Shown: positions 8,419 to 15,903 of the stretch, in pieces
Layout: each line of letters begins with the position of its first letter
How positions within the stretch are numbered: the stretch's first letter is position 1
Source of the DNA: a virus
Taxonomy: Duplodnaviria > Caudoviricetes
Strand: one strand, 5' to 3'
DNA: 28,432 nucleotides
Virus record (IMG/VR): IMGVR_UViG_3300005529_000083
Location: 1 to 28,432 of that record
The notes under the pieces: model-generated
Seen by the model: only the letters and a program-made list of their open reading frames with translations
Told to the model about the DNA's origin: nothing
The model's database searches: none
Made by a program: the position numbers and the translations under genes

Positions 8419-8998
8419 GGGGGGCTCCTGTGGACTGTTGGGAGTTGGTTGGCATGTTCGCCGGTAACTTGGCATCGAGAATCTTGAGCAGAGCCGCTTG
8501 GTTCGTGCTAATCGAGGTAATCGCCGCTGCTCGGTCAGTACGAACTTCACTCATGATGAGGTTAAGCTCTTTGTCGAAGAACTCTCGTTCTTGAGCCGTT
8601 CGCGTTTCAAACAACGTTCGCATCGCCTGACATTCTTTGGCGAAGCTATCAATAATCGTCTGCAAATCCTTGCGATATTCTGCTTGTGCTGCCTGATTAA
8701 GCTTGGAGAAATTATCTTGGGCCGTCTGGTAGACAACCTGTTGTCGGTCTTGAGCCGTTTGGAATCCTGTCTGTTGTCTATCCATCACCGTTTGGAAGGC
8801 TGTTTGCATCCCCGGTATGGTCGTATCGAGCAAGCGCTTGACAATCCATACCATAAGCCCTGTCATAGCCGTAAAGCCAGCTACTAACGCCCCGATTGCG
8901 GTTGTGGGTGTCCCCAAAAGGTCATTTTCCCCCACCAAAAGCCAAGACGAGAGAGCTAGAATCCCTACCATAAGAGAATTCCAAACGGCCCCAACCAT
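8411..8998 (-). CDS. membrane protein with two hydrophobic segments and a coiled coil (holin-like)
   Basis: Start at MVGAVWNSLMVGILAL (TAATG overlap); second segment AIGALVAGFTAMTGLMVWIV; 11-aa repeats FQT..DRQQ. Confidence 0.6.
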   Translation of the reverse strand: MVGAVWNSLMVGILALSSWLLVGENDLLGTPTTAIGALVAGFTAMTGLMVWIVKRLLDTTIPGMQTAFQTVMDRQQTGFQTAQDRQQVVYQTAQDNFSKLNQAAQAEYRKDLQTIIDSFAKECQAMRTLFETRTAQEREFFDKELNLIMSEVRTDRAAAITSISTNQAALLKILDAKLPANMPTNSQQSTGAPHV

Positions 8999-9543
8999 TA
9001 AGAAGCTCCTTCGGCTTGTTTCTTTTCGAGTTCGAGTTGTTCGAGACGCTCTTTCATCGCTTTGATTTCCACCAACGGGTCGAAATGGCTCCGCTGTTGC
9101 TTCTGTTCCATTTCGACCCGCCGTTGCTCCGCTGCCTGGCGTTGCTGGTCGGCTCGTAGTTGTTGGAAGATGTCCCGTTGTCGTCTTTTCTCGGCGTTTT
9201 CTTGCTCCTTCTGTTCGTGCTTCTTCTGCGGCGCTCGGAACTCTTTCGTTAACCGTATGCACTCTTCCAACGGGTAGCTCTCTTCGGGATAATACCTGCC
9301 GTCCGGCTTCATCCGCGCCTCTCCAAGTATCAAGCATAGTTGCCCCCCATCCCGGAACCAATCCTCTTCGGGGAGCAAGTCGAACACTTTCTCCCAGAGA
9401 GAATCCTTGAAAGCTGGGCGAGGGACTAAGACCATCAACGGAGAGTATAAATAGAACGAGCCGGGCGGAACGAGCTTCCGTTGGTAGGTATAGTCTGCTA
9501 ATGGTGTCGTAAAGATTGACAGTTCGTAGTCAACAACGTTCAT
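8998..9543 (-). CDS. hypothetical protein with C-terminal coiled coil
   Basis: 181 aa; ATGA overlap with upstream gene; E/Q/K/R-rich C-terminus. Confidence 0.7.
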   Translation of the reverse strand: MNVVDYELSIFTTPLADYTYQRKLVPPGSFYLYSPLMVLVPRPAFKDSLWEKVFDLLPEEDWFRDGGQLCLILGEARMKPDGRYYPEESYPLEECIRLTKEFRAPQKKHEQKEQENAEKRRQRDIFQQLRADQQRQAAEQRRVEMEQKQQRSHFDPLVEIKAMKERLEQLELEKKQAEGAS

Positions 9544-9959
9544 TTCTTGGCTTCTTTCGCGTATTCGAGCTTGAGGAACTCTTCCTCCAGGTCGGCAATC
9601 TCTTCCCTCTTGCGATTGATTTGTGCTTGAATCCCTTCAAGGCTTCCATCCCGGCCGCGTTGCAGAGAGAAAGCCTGTTCGAGCGTGTACGTCCACGGGC
9701 AAGGAGGGCCATGCCACTGGGAAAGGACTTCGGTTCCCCCTCCAGCTGCGGGTAGTGTTCCCTCATGGACGAGCTTACCCTTTGGCCGACTCACCCCCAT
9801 AGGGTCCGACCAGAGATTGCGATTGTTCATCACAATTTTTTTCCAACCCCGCTTGGTGAGGTAGTCTTCACACTGCTTGTGATAATCCTCCAAAGCGTTT
9901 TGCGGCGGGGAAGCAGCGGGAATATGAATGTTCTCTTTCTCTTTCGTTGCAGCTGGCAT
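9540..9959 (-). CDS. hypothetical protein
   Basis: 139 aa; GAGG RBS; C-terminal coiled coil. Confidence 0.7.
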   Translation of the reverse strand: MPAATKEKENIHIPAASPPQNALEDYHKQCEDYLTKRGWKKIVMNNRNLWSDPMGVSRPKGKLVHEGTLPAAGGGTEVLSQWHGPPCPWTYTLEQAFSLQRGRDGSLEGIQAQINRKREEIADLEEEFLKLEYAKEAKK

Positions 9960-9975
9960 GTGTTATACCTCTTGG

Positions 9976-11391
9976 TTAATTGACTGAACAGCAGGCAGGA
10001 GCGAGTAGGTCATCGGCCACAAGGGGAGCCGGATTTGTTTGCGAAGCGAGCGTGAGAACAATGATTGAATCGACTCGTTCCACTTCCCGGAATCCTTCCT
10101 GAAGGAGAGTAGCAACGTACTGTTTGACCCCTTGGTGTTCCTTGATGTTTGTCTCGTAATCATGGAAGACGAGCAAGCCATCGGGCTTGAGGGTCATAAG
10201 AGCAAGCCAGGTGTCTTCCTGTACGCTCTGAGAGTCGTGCGCTCCGTCGATGAACGCCATATCGAAAAGACGGGGGCAGTCTCGAAGAACGTTACTCGAC
10301 TTACCAACGTGAATGTCAACCTTGTCGCCAACTTTATAACGGTCGAGGTTCAACTTGAACTCTTCTAGTGTGTTACGCGGGTTGGGAGTCCCCGTCCCAT
10401 CGAAGGTATCCACAGCTTGAACGTCTTGAGCAGTACGGGCAATCCAAATCGTGGACTTGCCGCACCATGAGCCAATCTCCAAGACTCGTTTGCCCTTGGC
10501 AAGACGGGCCAAGAGCCGCCCCTCGTCAATAGTCAACCAACCTTCCACGTCCGGTTCAGCGTCTTCGGGGTCGAACTTACGTTTGAGGGACTCATCCTCT
10601 TGCCATGTTCCCCAACCGTGGTCTTGATTGTTGTAAGGAGCTTCGCCCATGTGGAAGAGCTTAATGGTACGGTCGAAAGCGAGGGTTGCTCCATGCTGAT
10701 TGAGGAGTCGAGAGAATTGCCAATCCTCTGACATCACTTGATTGATGAAAGCTCCCTTGGCTCCAGGGAGATACTGTTCCGTTGGCACTACGCGACCATC
10801 GGCACATTGAAAAGCAATGCGACTTGTGATGTTGAAGTGGACGTGAAGACGCCACGGCTTGGTAAAGTCACAGACCCAACAGCCCGTGTTAGCGAGCAAG
10901 TGGCGGGGTTGGGGCCACTTGAATAGCTTGGCAACGTCTTGTTCGTCGAAGACTTCAGGGAGCTTGCCAATCTCTTTCATCGTCAAGCGCTTGTAGACTT
11001 CCCACGGGTCGTTCGGGTCATCAACAGCGGTAGACGAGAGCGCTCGCCGGTCTTTGATAGGAACGACAGCGGAAACAAGATCCGCTCCGGTGCGGTCGAG
11101 GGTTGTTAAAAGCTTCGTTGCATAGTCGTCTTCGGGAACGACATCATCATGCAACATGAGGAAGCGAGTGATGGGGACACCCGACAGCTGGAGATTGAGA
11201 GCGGTTTTCCAGTGGGTGTTGAAGGCGTCGGCGAGTAGGGAAGACCCGTAATCGTCAAACTGCGATTGCATCCCTGCGTAGGGGCTATCAGGTTTGATGG
11301 ACTTGGACCAGAATTGACGATGGGAGCCTCTGTGTCCCCCACCATAACAGGGATGGCAGGCATATAGAACCCCATCGGTTTTAGCCGTCAT
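9976..11391 (-). CDS. glycosyltransferase (GT-A/GT2-like) fused to a class I SAM methyltransferase (Methyltransf_24-like)
   Basis: FLMLHDDVV (DxD-like), NTGCWV, SEDWQF, LFHMG in the N-half; VLEIGSWCGKST, AVDTF, FIDGAHD, LVFHDY in the C-half; AGGAG RBS. Confidence 0.85.
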   Translation of the reverse strand: MTAKTDGVLYACHPCYGGGHRGSHRQFWSKSIKPDSPYAGMQSQFDDYGSSLLADAFNTHWKTALNLQLSGVPITRFLMLHDDVVPEDDYATKLLTTLDRTGADLVSAVVPIKDRRALSSTAVDDPNDPWEVYKRLTMKEIGKLPEVFDEQDVAKLFKWPQPRHLLANTGCWVCDFTKPWRLHVHFNITSRIAFQCADGRVVPTEQYLPGAKGAFINQVMSEDWQFSRLLNQHGATLAFDRTIKLFHMGEAPYNNQDHGWGTWQEDESLKRKFDPEDAEPDVEGWLTIDEGRLLARLAKGKRVLEIGSWCGKSTIWIARTAQDVQAVDTFDGTGTPNPRNTLEEFKLNLDRYKVGDKVDIHVGKSSNVLRDCPRLFDMAFIDGAHDSQSVQEDTWLALMTLKPDGLLVFHDYETNIKEHQGVKQYVATLLQEGFREVERVDSIIVLTLASQTNPAPLVADDLLAPACCSVN

Positions 11392-11411
11392 GCACCTATG
11401 CTCCTAGGGCG

Positions 11412-11437
11412 AAAAAGTGGGGGGCATTTCACCCCCC
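11412..11437 (-). terminator. intrinsic terminator after the capsid accessory gene
   Basis: GGGGGG-TGAAATG-CCCCCC followed by ACTTTTT on the minus strand. Confidence 0.7.
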
Positions 11438-11476
11438 GGATGGTATTAGTCCCATCTGACGTTACCATAAAGACGG

Positions 11477-11917
11477 TTACATCACAATCCCTTGGTCAAG
11501 GACGTTGGCAACGTTGTACTGATTAGCAGGCTTGTAGCTCGACTCACCGCCTAGAACAATAAGACCGACATTCGTTGCCGCTGTGTTTACAATCATGACT
11601 GGCTGTACATAACGAGTACCGGCCGGCAGCTGGTCCGCACGAATTTCGAGCGACTCAACACGATTATTCGTGTTACAAGTCAACATCGTAGTTGTGCCAA
11701 GGTTGGTCGAGCCCGTCATGTTGGCGTTCGGACTCGCCTTGTAGAACAGCTGGATATTGGCGGAGGCTCCTACAACCCCCACGTCGAGGTAAGTGATGAG
11801 ACGGCGGAGAATGCTCATGTCAATACCGGCAATAGACGTATCGGTATTGGCCGCATGATTCGACGAGGGAATCTGACCCATCACGGCGAGAGCTTGAGTT
11901 AGTTGTTCAGTAAAGAT
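11477..11917 (-). CDS. probable capsid accessory/decoration protein; start may be non-canonical ATC (11917) or GTG (11884)
   Basis: Beta-rich ORF following the capsid genes; frame open upstream to ATC TTT ACT GAA CAA. Confidence 0.65.
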   Translation of the reverse strand: MFTEQLTQALAVMGQIPSSNHAANTDTSIAGIDMSILRRLITYLDVGVVGASANIQLFYKASPNANMTGSTNLGTTTMLTCNTNNRVESLEIRADQLPAGTRYVQPVMIVNTAATNVGLIVLGGESSYKPANQYNVANVLDQGIVM

Positions 11918-11932
11918 GGTACACCGAGCCTT

Positions 11933-12454
11933 TCAAATGTGTGACCAAGTTAACCCACGAATAGCTAAACTCAGCGGGCCGTGGGTAATACCATACCGCT
12001 GCGTTAAACTTTTGAGGGACCAACCTTCTGCATAGAGCTTTCTAGCTTCGAGCACCTTCTCATTAGTTAACTTGGCGCTTCGCTGCTTTTCCCCTCTGGT
12101 TGGAATCCCACCATTTCTGAACCTATCCTTACCGTTTTCTGAGTGATTACCCCACCGAAGGTTGGCTAGTGAGTTATCACTCCTATCGTCGTTCCAATGA
12201 AGGCAACTCAACCCTTCTGGTTTAGGTCCGACGGAAATTTCCAGAACCAAAACGGAGATATGAACTCTCCTTGTATCATTCTCTCGTATAAGAGATAGCC
12301 TTTTATCTCCGAACTTAGTTCCGATTTTTTGTGGTTTACCGTTGCTTCTACAAAACGGAGCAGTGATTCTAAATCTTCCTTTATCGGAGATTAAGTAACG
12401 TCCTTCATAGCCAGGAACTTCTAACCAAACTTCAGACTCCTTTCTAGTAAACAT
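11933..12454 (-). mobile_element. free-standing NUMOD4-HNH homing endonuclease gene
   Basis: W..VPGYEGRYLISDKGR (NUMOD4), H..V....GP, CLHWNDDRSDN.LANLRW.NHSEN (HNH), AKLT..V helix-turn-helix tail; visibly more AT-rich than flanks. Confidence 0.9.
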
Positions 12455-12471
12455 TCGAGACTCCTACGGGG

Positions 12472-13653
12472 TTACTTGAGAATCACATAGGGACTAACAA
12501 CAGTGGTCGTATCTTGGAGCGTAATCGACTTGGAAACCTGCGGCTTCCCGTCGATGCGAACCCAGATACGGAAGACGGTTTGGAAGTTGCGGAAGTTTAC
12601 ATGGGGTGAAACATCAATCAGGATTTGCATGCGCTCGCCGATGGTATAAAGCCACGGGTCGAAGAGGAGCAAATCCCCTTGGGCTCCAAGAGCCGCAAGC
12701 TTCTCGGACACGAAGAGGGGCCGCGTCATCAAGGTTCCGGCGTTTGCCTTTTCATGGGCATCCATGTTGATAAAGTACGACGGAATCTTGACGATTTGTG
12801 CAAGGCAAGTCGGCGAACAGGCCCAAATCGCTCCCTTCCATGAGTAGGGCAAAAGTGCCGCCCCCATTGCGGCAATGTCTGTAACGGAGATTTGATTGCC
12901 AACTTGTCGAGACACTGTAACCGCAGCGGGGGAGTTGATAATCCCTAGCGGCATGAGTTGGGCAGTTCCTGTCCCTTGCAGGAAAGCGTACTCGGTATAC
13001 CAAGCAGCGGCTTTACCAAAGAGTTTAACGAGGGCATCCTCTCCCGCTGGTCCCGTATCCATGAGGAACTGATTGGAGATAACCGCATAACCGAGTAAAT
13101 CCCATGCTCGGAGTGACATGGAGCGAAACTTGGGTTCGGTCTCTGCTGGCGTTTGTTCCGAGCCCCAAGTGAAAGTGATACCTCCGAAAAAGGGAGAGGT
13201 TCCAGCGGCAGAGGGAACCGTTTCCACGTCGATACGGGGAACCTGGATTTCCCCCGACATCATGGGGATACGATTCGCACGCGGATAGAGGAACGAATCC
13301 TCTGAAATCACTTCAAGAATACGGGTACTGTAGTCTTGGGGGACGAGATAGCCTCCCGCTGTCCCCGTATTTTCCCCCATTGCCGCTTTGACAACTCCAC
13401 TGGTTTTGCACGAGTTGTATTCGGACCCGTAGACCTTGGCGAGCTTGGCTCGGGCTTCATAGCGCTCGCTCTCCTTCGTGGAGCCCGTTCGTAGGACCGT
13501 TTGGAGGTAGTCCGTGAAGGATTCACCGCTCGTCTTCTTCGTGATGGTGTACCCTTCCCCCTCCAAATAGAGCCGCGCCAGGTCGATGAAACCCGGCTGG
13601 CTCTTCGTCGGAAGTTTAGTCGTTCGATCCTTCGGCATGGTAAACTGAGCCAT
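12472..13653 (-). CDS. HK97-fold major capsid protein, paralogue 2
   Basis: KAAMGENTGTAGGYLVP, ETEPKF, ISNQFLMD, AFLQGTG..MPLGI, FRIWVRIDGKP. Confidence 0.9.
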   Translation of the reverse strand: MAQFTMPKDRTTKLPTKSQPGFIDLARLYLEGEGYTITKKTSGESFTDYLQTVLRTGSTKESERYEARAKLAKVYGSEYNSCKTSGVVKAAMGENTGTAGGYLVPQDYSTRILEVISEDSFLYPRANRIPMMSGEIQVPRIDVETVPSAAGTSPFFGGITFTWGSEQTPAETEPKFRSMSLRAWDLLGYAVISNQFLMDTGPAGEDALVKLFGKAAAWYTEYAFLQGTGTAQLMPLGIINSPAAVTVSRQVGNQISVTDIAAMGAALLPYSWKGAIWACSPTCLAQIVKIPSYFINMDAHEKANAGTLMTRPLFVSEKLAALGAQGDLLLFDPWLYTIGERMQILIDVSPHVNFRNFQTVFRIWVRIDGKPQVSKSITLQDTTTVVSPYVILK

Positions 13654-13663
13654 CGCAAACCCC

Positions 13664-14047
13664 TTAGAACGGTCGTTCGCACTCGGGCAAGGTCAGATGC
13701 GGGAGAGTAACCCCTCGCTTCTCAAGCTCAGCAACAAGCAACTGCTCTGGCATATCATCCAGACGCTCCGAGAGTCGCTTCGAGAGCACCTTGCGTAACT
13801 GGTCGTCTGTTGCTTCTCTGAGACAGACTTGATCGAGGTAGTCGCAAACCTCTTCTTCATTGGAGCAGCAAGGTTCCTCCGGTACTTCCGGTTTTGGCTC
13901 CTCAATCTTGGGGTCAAACATCGGAGGATGTTCAACCGGGGACAAGTCTTCGGGTTTGCCGTGTTCCCCCGCGAAAGGCTCGAAGGGATGGTCAACCGGA
14001 GGCGTTTCCTTCAAGCCATACTCCGCATCATCTTTCTTCTTCGACAT
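13664..14047 (-). CDS. acidic hypothetical protein between the two capsid genes
   Basis: 127 aa, E/P-rich; AAGGAG RBS. Confidence 0.7.
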   Translation of the reverse strand: MSKKKDDAEYGLKETPPVDHPFEPFAGEHGKPEDLSPVEHPPMFDPKIEEPKPEVPEEPCCSNEEEVCDYLDQVCLREATDDQLRKVLSKRLSERLDDMPEQLLVAELEKRGVTLPHLTLPECERPF

Positions 14048-14072
14048 GGGAACTCTCCTTCTGGGAGGAAGA

Positions 14073-14095
14073 GGGGGAGTGGGCGAGGCTCCCCC
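14073..14095 (-). promoter_or_regulatory. GC-rich hairpin just after capsid gene 1
   Basis: GGGGGAG-N9-CTCCCCC; no clear U-tract, so a weak terminator or mRNA stabiliser. Confidence 0.45.
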
Positions 14096-14105
14096 AAGCT
14101 TCCGG

Positions 14106-15572
14106 TTACGAATGGGCCGTGAAGGTCACAAAGGGAGAAATCTGCCATCCGGTCTGATCAGTAATGACGTTGTTCAGCCACGGCTTGCCATCGCAACGGG
14201 CAATGACGCGCCAAGCGAGTTGGTTATTGCGGAAGAGGTAGTGAGGGCTTACGTCAATTTGCATATCGAGCCGAGTCCCGATGACGTAGCGGCTCCAATC
14301 CACGAGACAGACCGAGCCTTTGACGCTCGCACCGATAGAGGGTAGCTTTTCGGTAAAGAACACTGGCAGACCATTAAAGAAGGCATTCGGCATCTTCATT
14401 GCCGCTGGCCCCTTCTGCTGGTCCCCGTAAGGTGTCATCCACACGAGACGGGAGCCCGTATCGGCCACACCGGCAGCAGTCGTATGGTCAACCATCTGCA
14501 CGAGGTAAGGTAATACGCTCTGGTGCATAATCCAGCAGGCATCATCCCACGAGCGCACTTGCAAGTGAGACATCATGGCCGAAGCATCAGCCAGAGTGAA
14601 ACCGCCGGAGAGGGTTGTTTGGGCCGTCTGGACATAGGTAGCGGGGGCGTTGAGAATGCCCAGCGGCATTGTCGAGCCTGCGCCCTTACCCTGCAAGAAA
14701 GCGAATTCCTTGTACCAAGTGATCGCTTGGCCGAAGAGTTGGGTTAACAGAGCGTCCAGACCGATGCCGTTATCAGCCAGCAGCTGATTGCTCGACACCG
14801 TGTAGAGAACCAAGTCCCACGCGACCCATTCACTCTGACGGAAGGCCGGTTCCGTCTCATTGATGGTTGCCGCTTCCGGCTGCCACTGGGCGAGAATACC
14901 GCCGAAGTAGGGAGAAGTTCCAGCCGTCTGAGCCGTGGTAATGTCGAGCATCGGCCACTGAGCGGTACGGCTATTCATTGGAATAACCTTCGCCCGTTGC
15001 TCGATAAAACCATCTTCGGCTGCGATGGTCAGCAACTCATTCATGAACTGCGGCGGAATGATATAACCGCCCGTCTGGCCGCTCCCTTCGGCAAGAGCCG
15101 TCTTCCTGCGCTCGTTAAGGAGCACTTTACGACTCACACGGTCATAAGAGGGAACACCGTGCGTTGCTGCCTTAGCAATGGTGGAGAAACCGAATTCGGC
15201 TTCGAGCTTTTCATCATCGTAGCTCTCAGCCATACCCATTGACCGAGCCATCGACTTTGCATCAACGTTGCCGGACAGAGCAGCAAGCTTGACGAGCGCT
15301 GGCCCCATGCCGGAGAGGCGAGGGGAACGCCCACTCTTGGTGCGGAGGAGATGTTCTGCCGTCTGGGAGGAGTAAGAAGCACCAAGCTTCTTCAACTGCT
15401 CGACGGGCCATTCCCGAGCGTTATGCTGTGAGTAGGGAGAGACATTCTCCCCACCGAAGACGACACCGGGCGAAGGACCACTCTTGGCCGGTTTGGAAGC
15501 AAGGTCCGTCAGAGCCTTTTTCATCTGGCGGATTTCTTCAATCATCTGAGCCTGAGACAATTCCGCTGGCAT
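14106..15572 (-). CDS. HK97-fold major capsid protein, paralogue 1, with long N-terminal delta-like region
   Basis: KTALAEGSGQTGGYIIPP, ETEPAF, SSNQLLAD, AFLQGKG..MPLGI, WRVIARCDGKP; start set at MPAEL (GGGAG RBS). Confidence 0.92.
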   Translation of the reverse strand: MPAELSQAQMIEEIRQMKKALTDLASKPAKSGPSPGVVFGGENVSPYSQHNAREWPVEQLKKLGASYSSQTAEHLLRTKSGRSPRLSGMGPALVKLAALSGNVDAKSMARSMGMAESYDDEKLEAEFGFSTIAKAATHGVPSYDRVSRKVLLNERRKTALAEGSGQTGGYIIPPQFMNELLTIAAEDGFIEQRAKVIPMNSRTAQWPMLDITTAQTAGTSPYFGGILAQWQPEAATINETEPAFRQSEWVAWDLVLYTVSSNQLLADNGIGLDALLTQLFGQAITWYKEFAFLQGKGAGSTMPLGILNAPATYVQTAQTTLSGGFTLADASAMMSHLQVRSWDDACWIMHQSVLPYLVQMVDHTTAAGVADTGSRLVWMTPYGDQQKGPAAMKMPNAFFNGLPVFFTEKLPSIGASVKGSVCLVDWSRYVIGTRLDMQIDVSPHYLFRNNQLAWRVIARCDGKPWLNNVITDQTGWQISPFVTFTAHS

Positions 15573-15597
15573 TTGCAGACTCCCACTAGGGTACATG

Positions 15598-15640
15598 AAA
15601 AAACCCGCAGACTCTCCAACAAGGAGATGCCTACGGGTTC
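15598..15640 (-). terminator. terminator-like hairpin immediately upstream of capsid gene 1
   Basis: AACCCGUAGGC-A-UCUCC-UUGUU-GGAGA-GUCUGCGGGUU then U-run; two G.U pairs form only on the minus strand. Confidence 0.75.
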
Positions 15641-15701
15641 ATGCCTGCGAATCCCTGGCGGGTCGGGCCGAACTCCCGTAACGACGGGTCGATACGGTTA
15701 G

Positions 15702-15893
15702 CTAACTCTTTTCCTTAAAACGAGTGGTTGTAACCCATTTGTGAGTTACACAGCCGTCGTTTACCTCAAGCTCGAATATCAACTTACCCGTTGATCGAGC
15801 TTTTTTTGCTTCGGCAAGGTGCTTACGAATCATCGAAGTTACAATCCGGTCCTGTTCGGACTCTTCATAGATGATTGGTCGTACCGTTTCCAT
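15702..15893 (-). CDS. DUF2292 (YezD)-like small protein
   Basis: 63 aa; TGKLIFELEVNDGCV..KWVTTT.FK pattern. Confidence 0.55.
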   Translation of the reverse strand: METVRPIIYEESEQDRIVTSMIRKHLAEAKKARSTGKLIFELEVNDGCVTHKWVTTTRFKEKS

Positions 15894-15903
15894 CGTAGGC
15901 CCC

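Noticed and set aside
8999-9361. N-terminal extension of the 316-aa ORF
   Set aside because: Overlaps the 181-aa gene; TAATG coupling supports a start at 8998
11918-12454. Group I intron carrying the HNH
   Set aside because: The ORF fills nearly the whole insert and no group I core elements are recognisable
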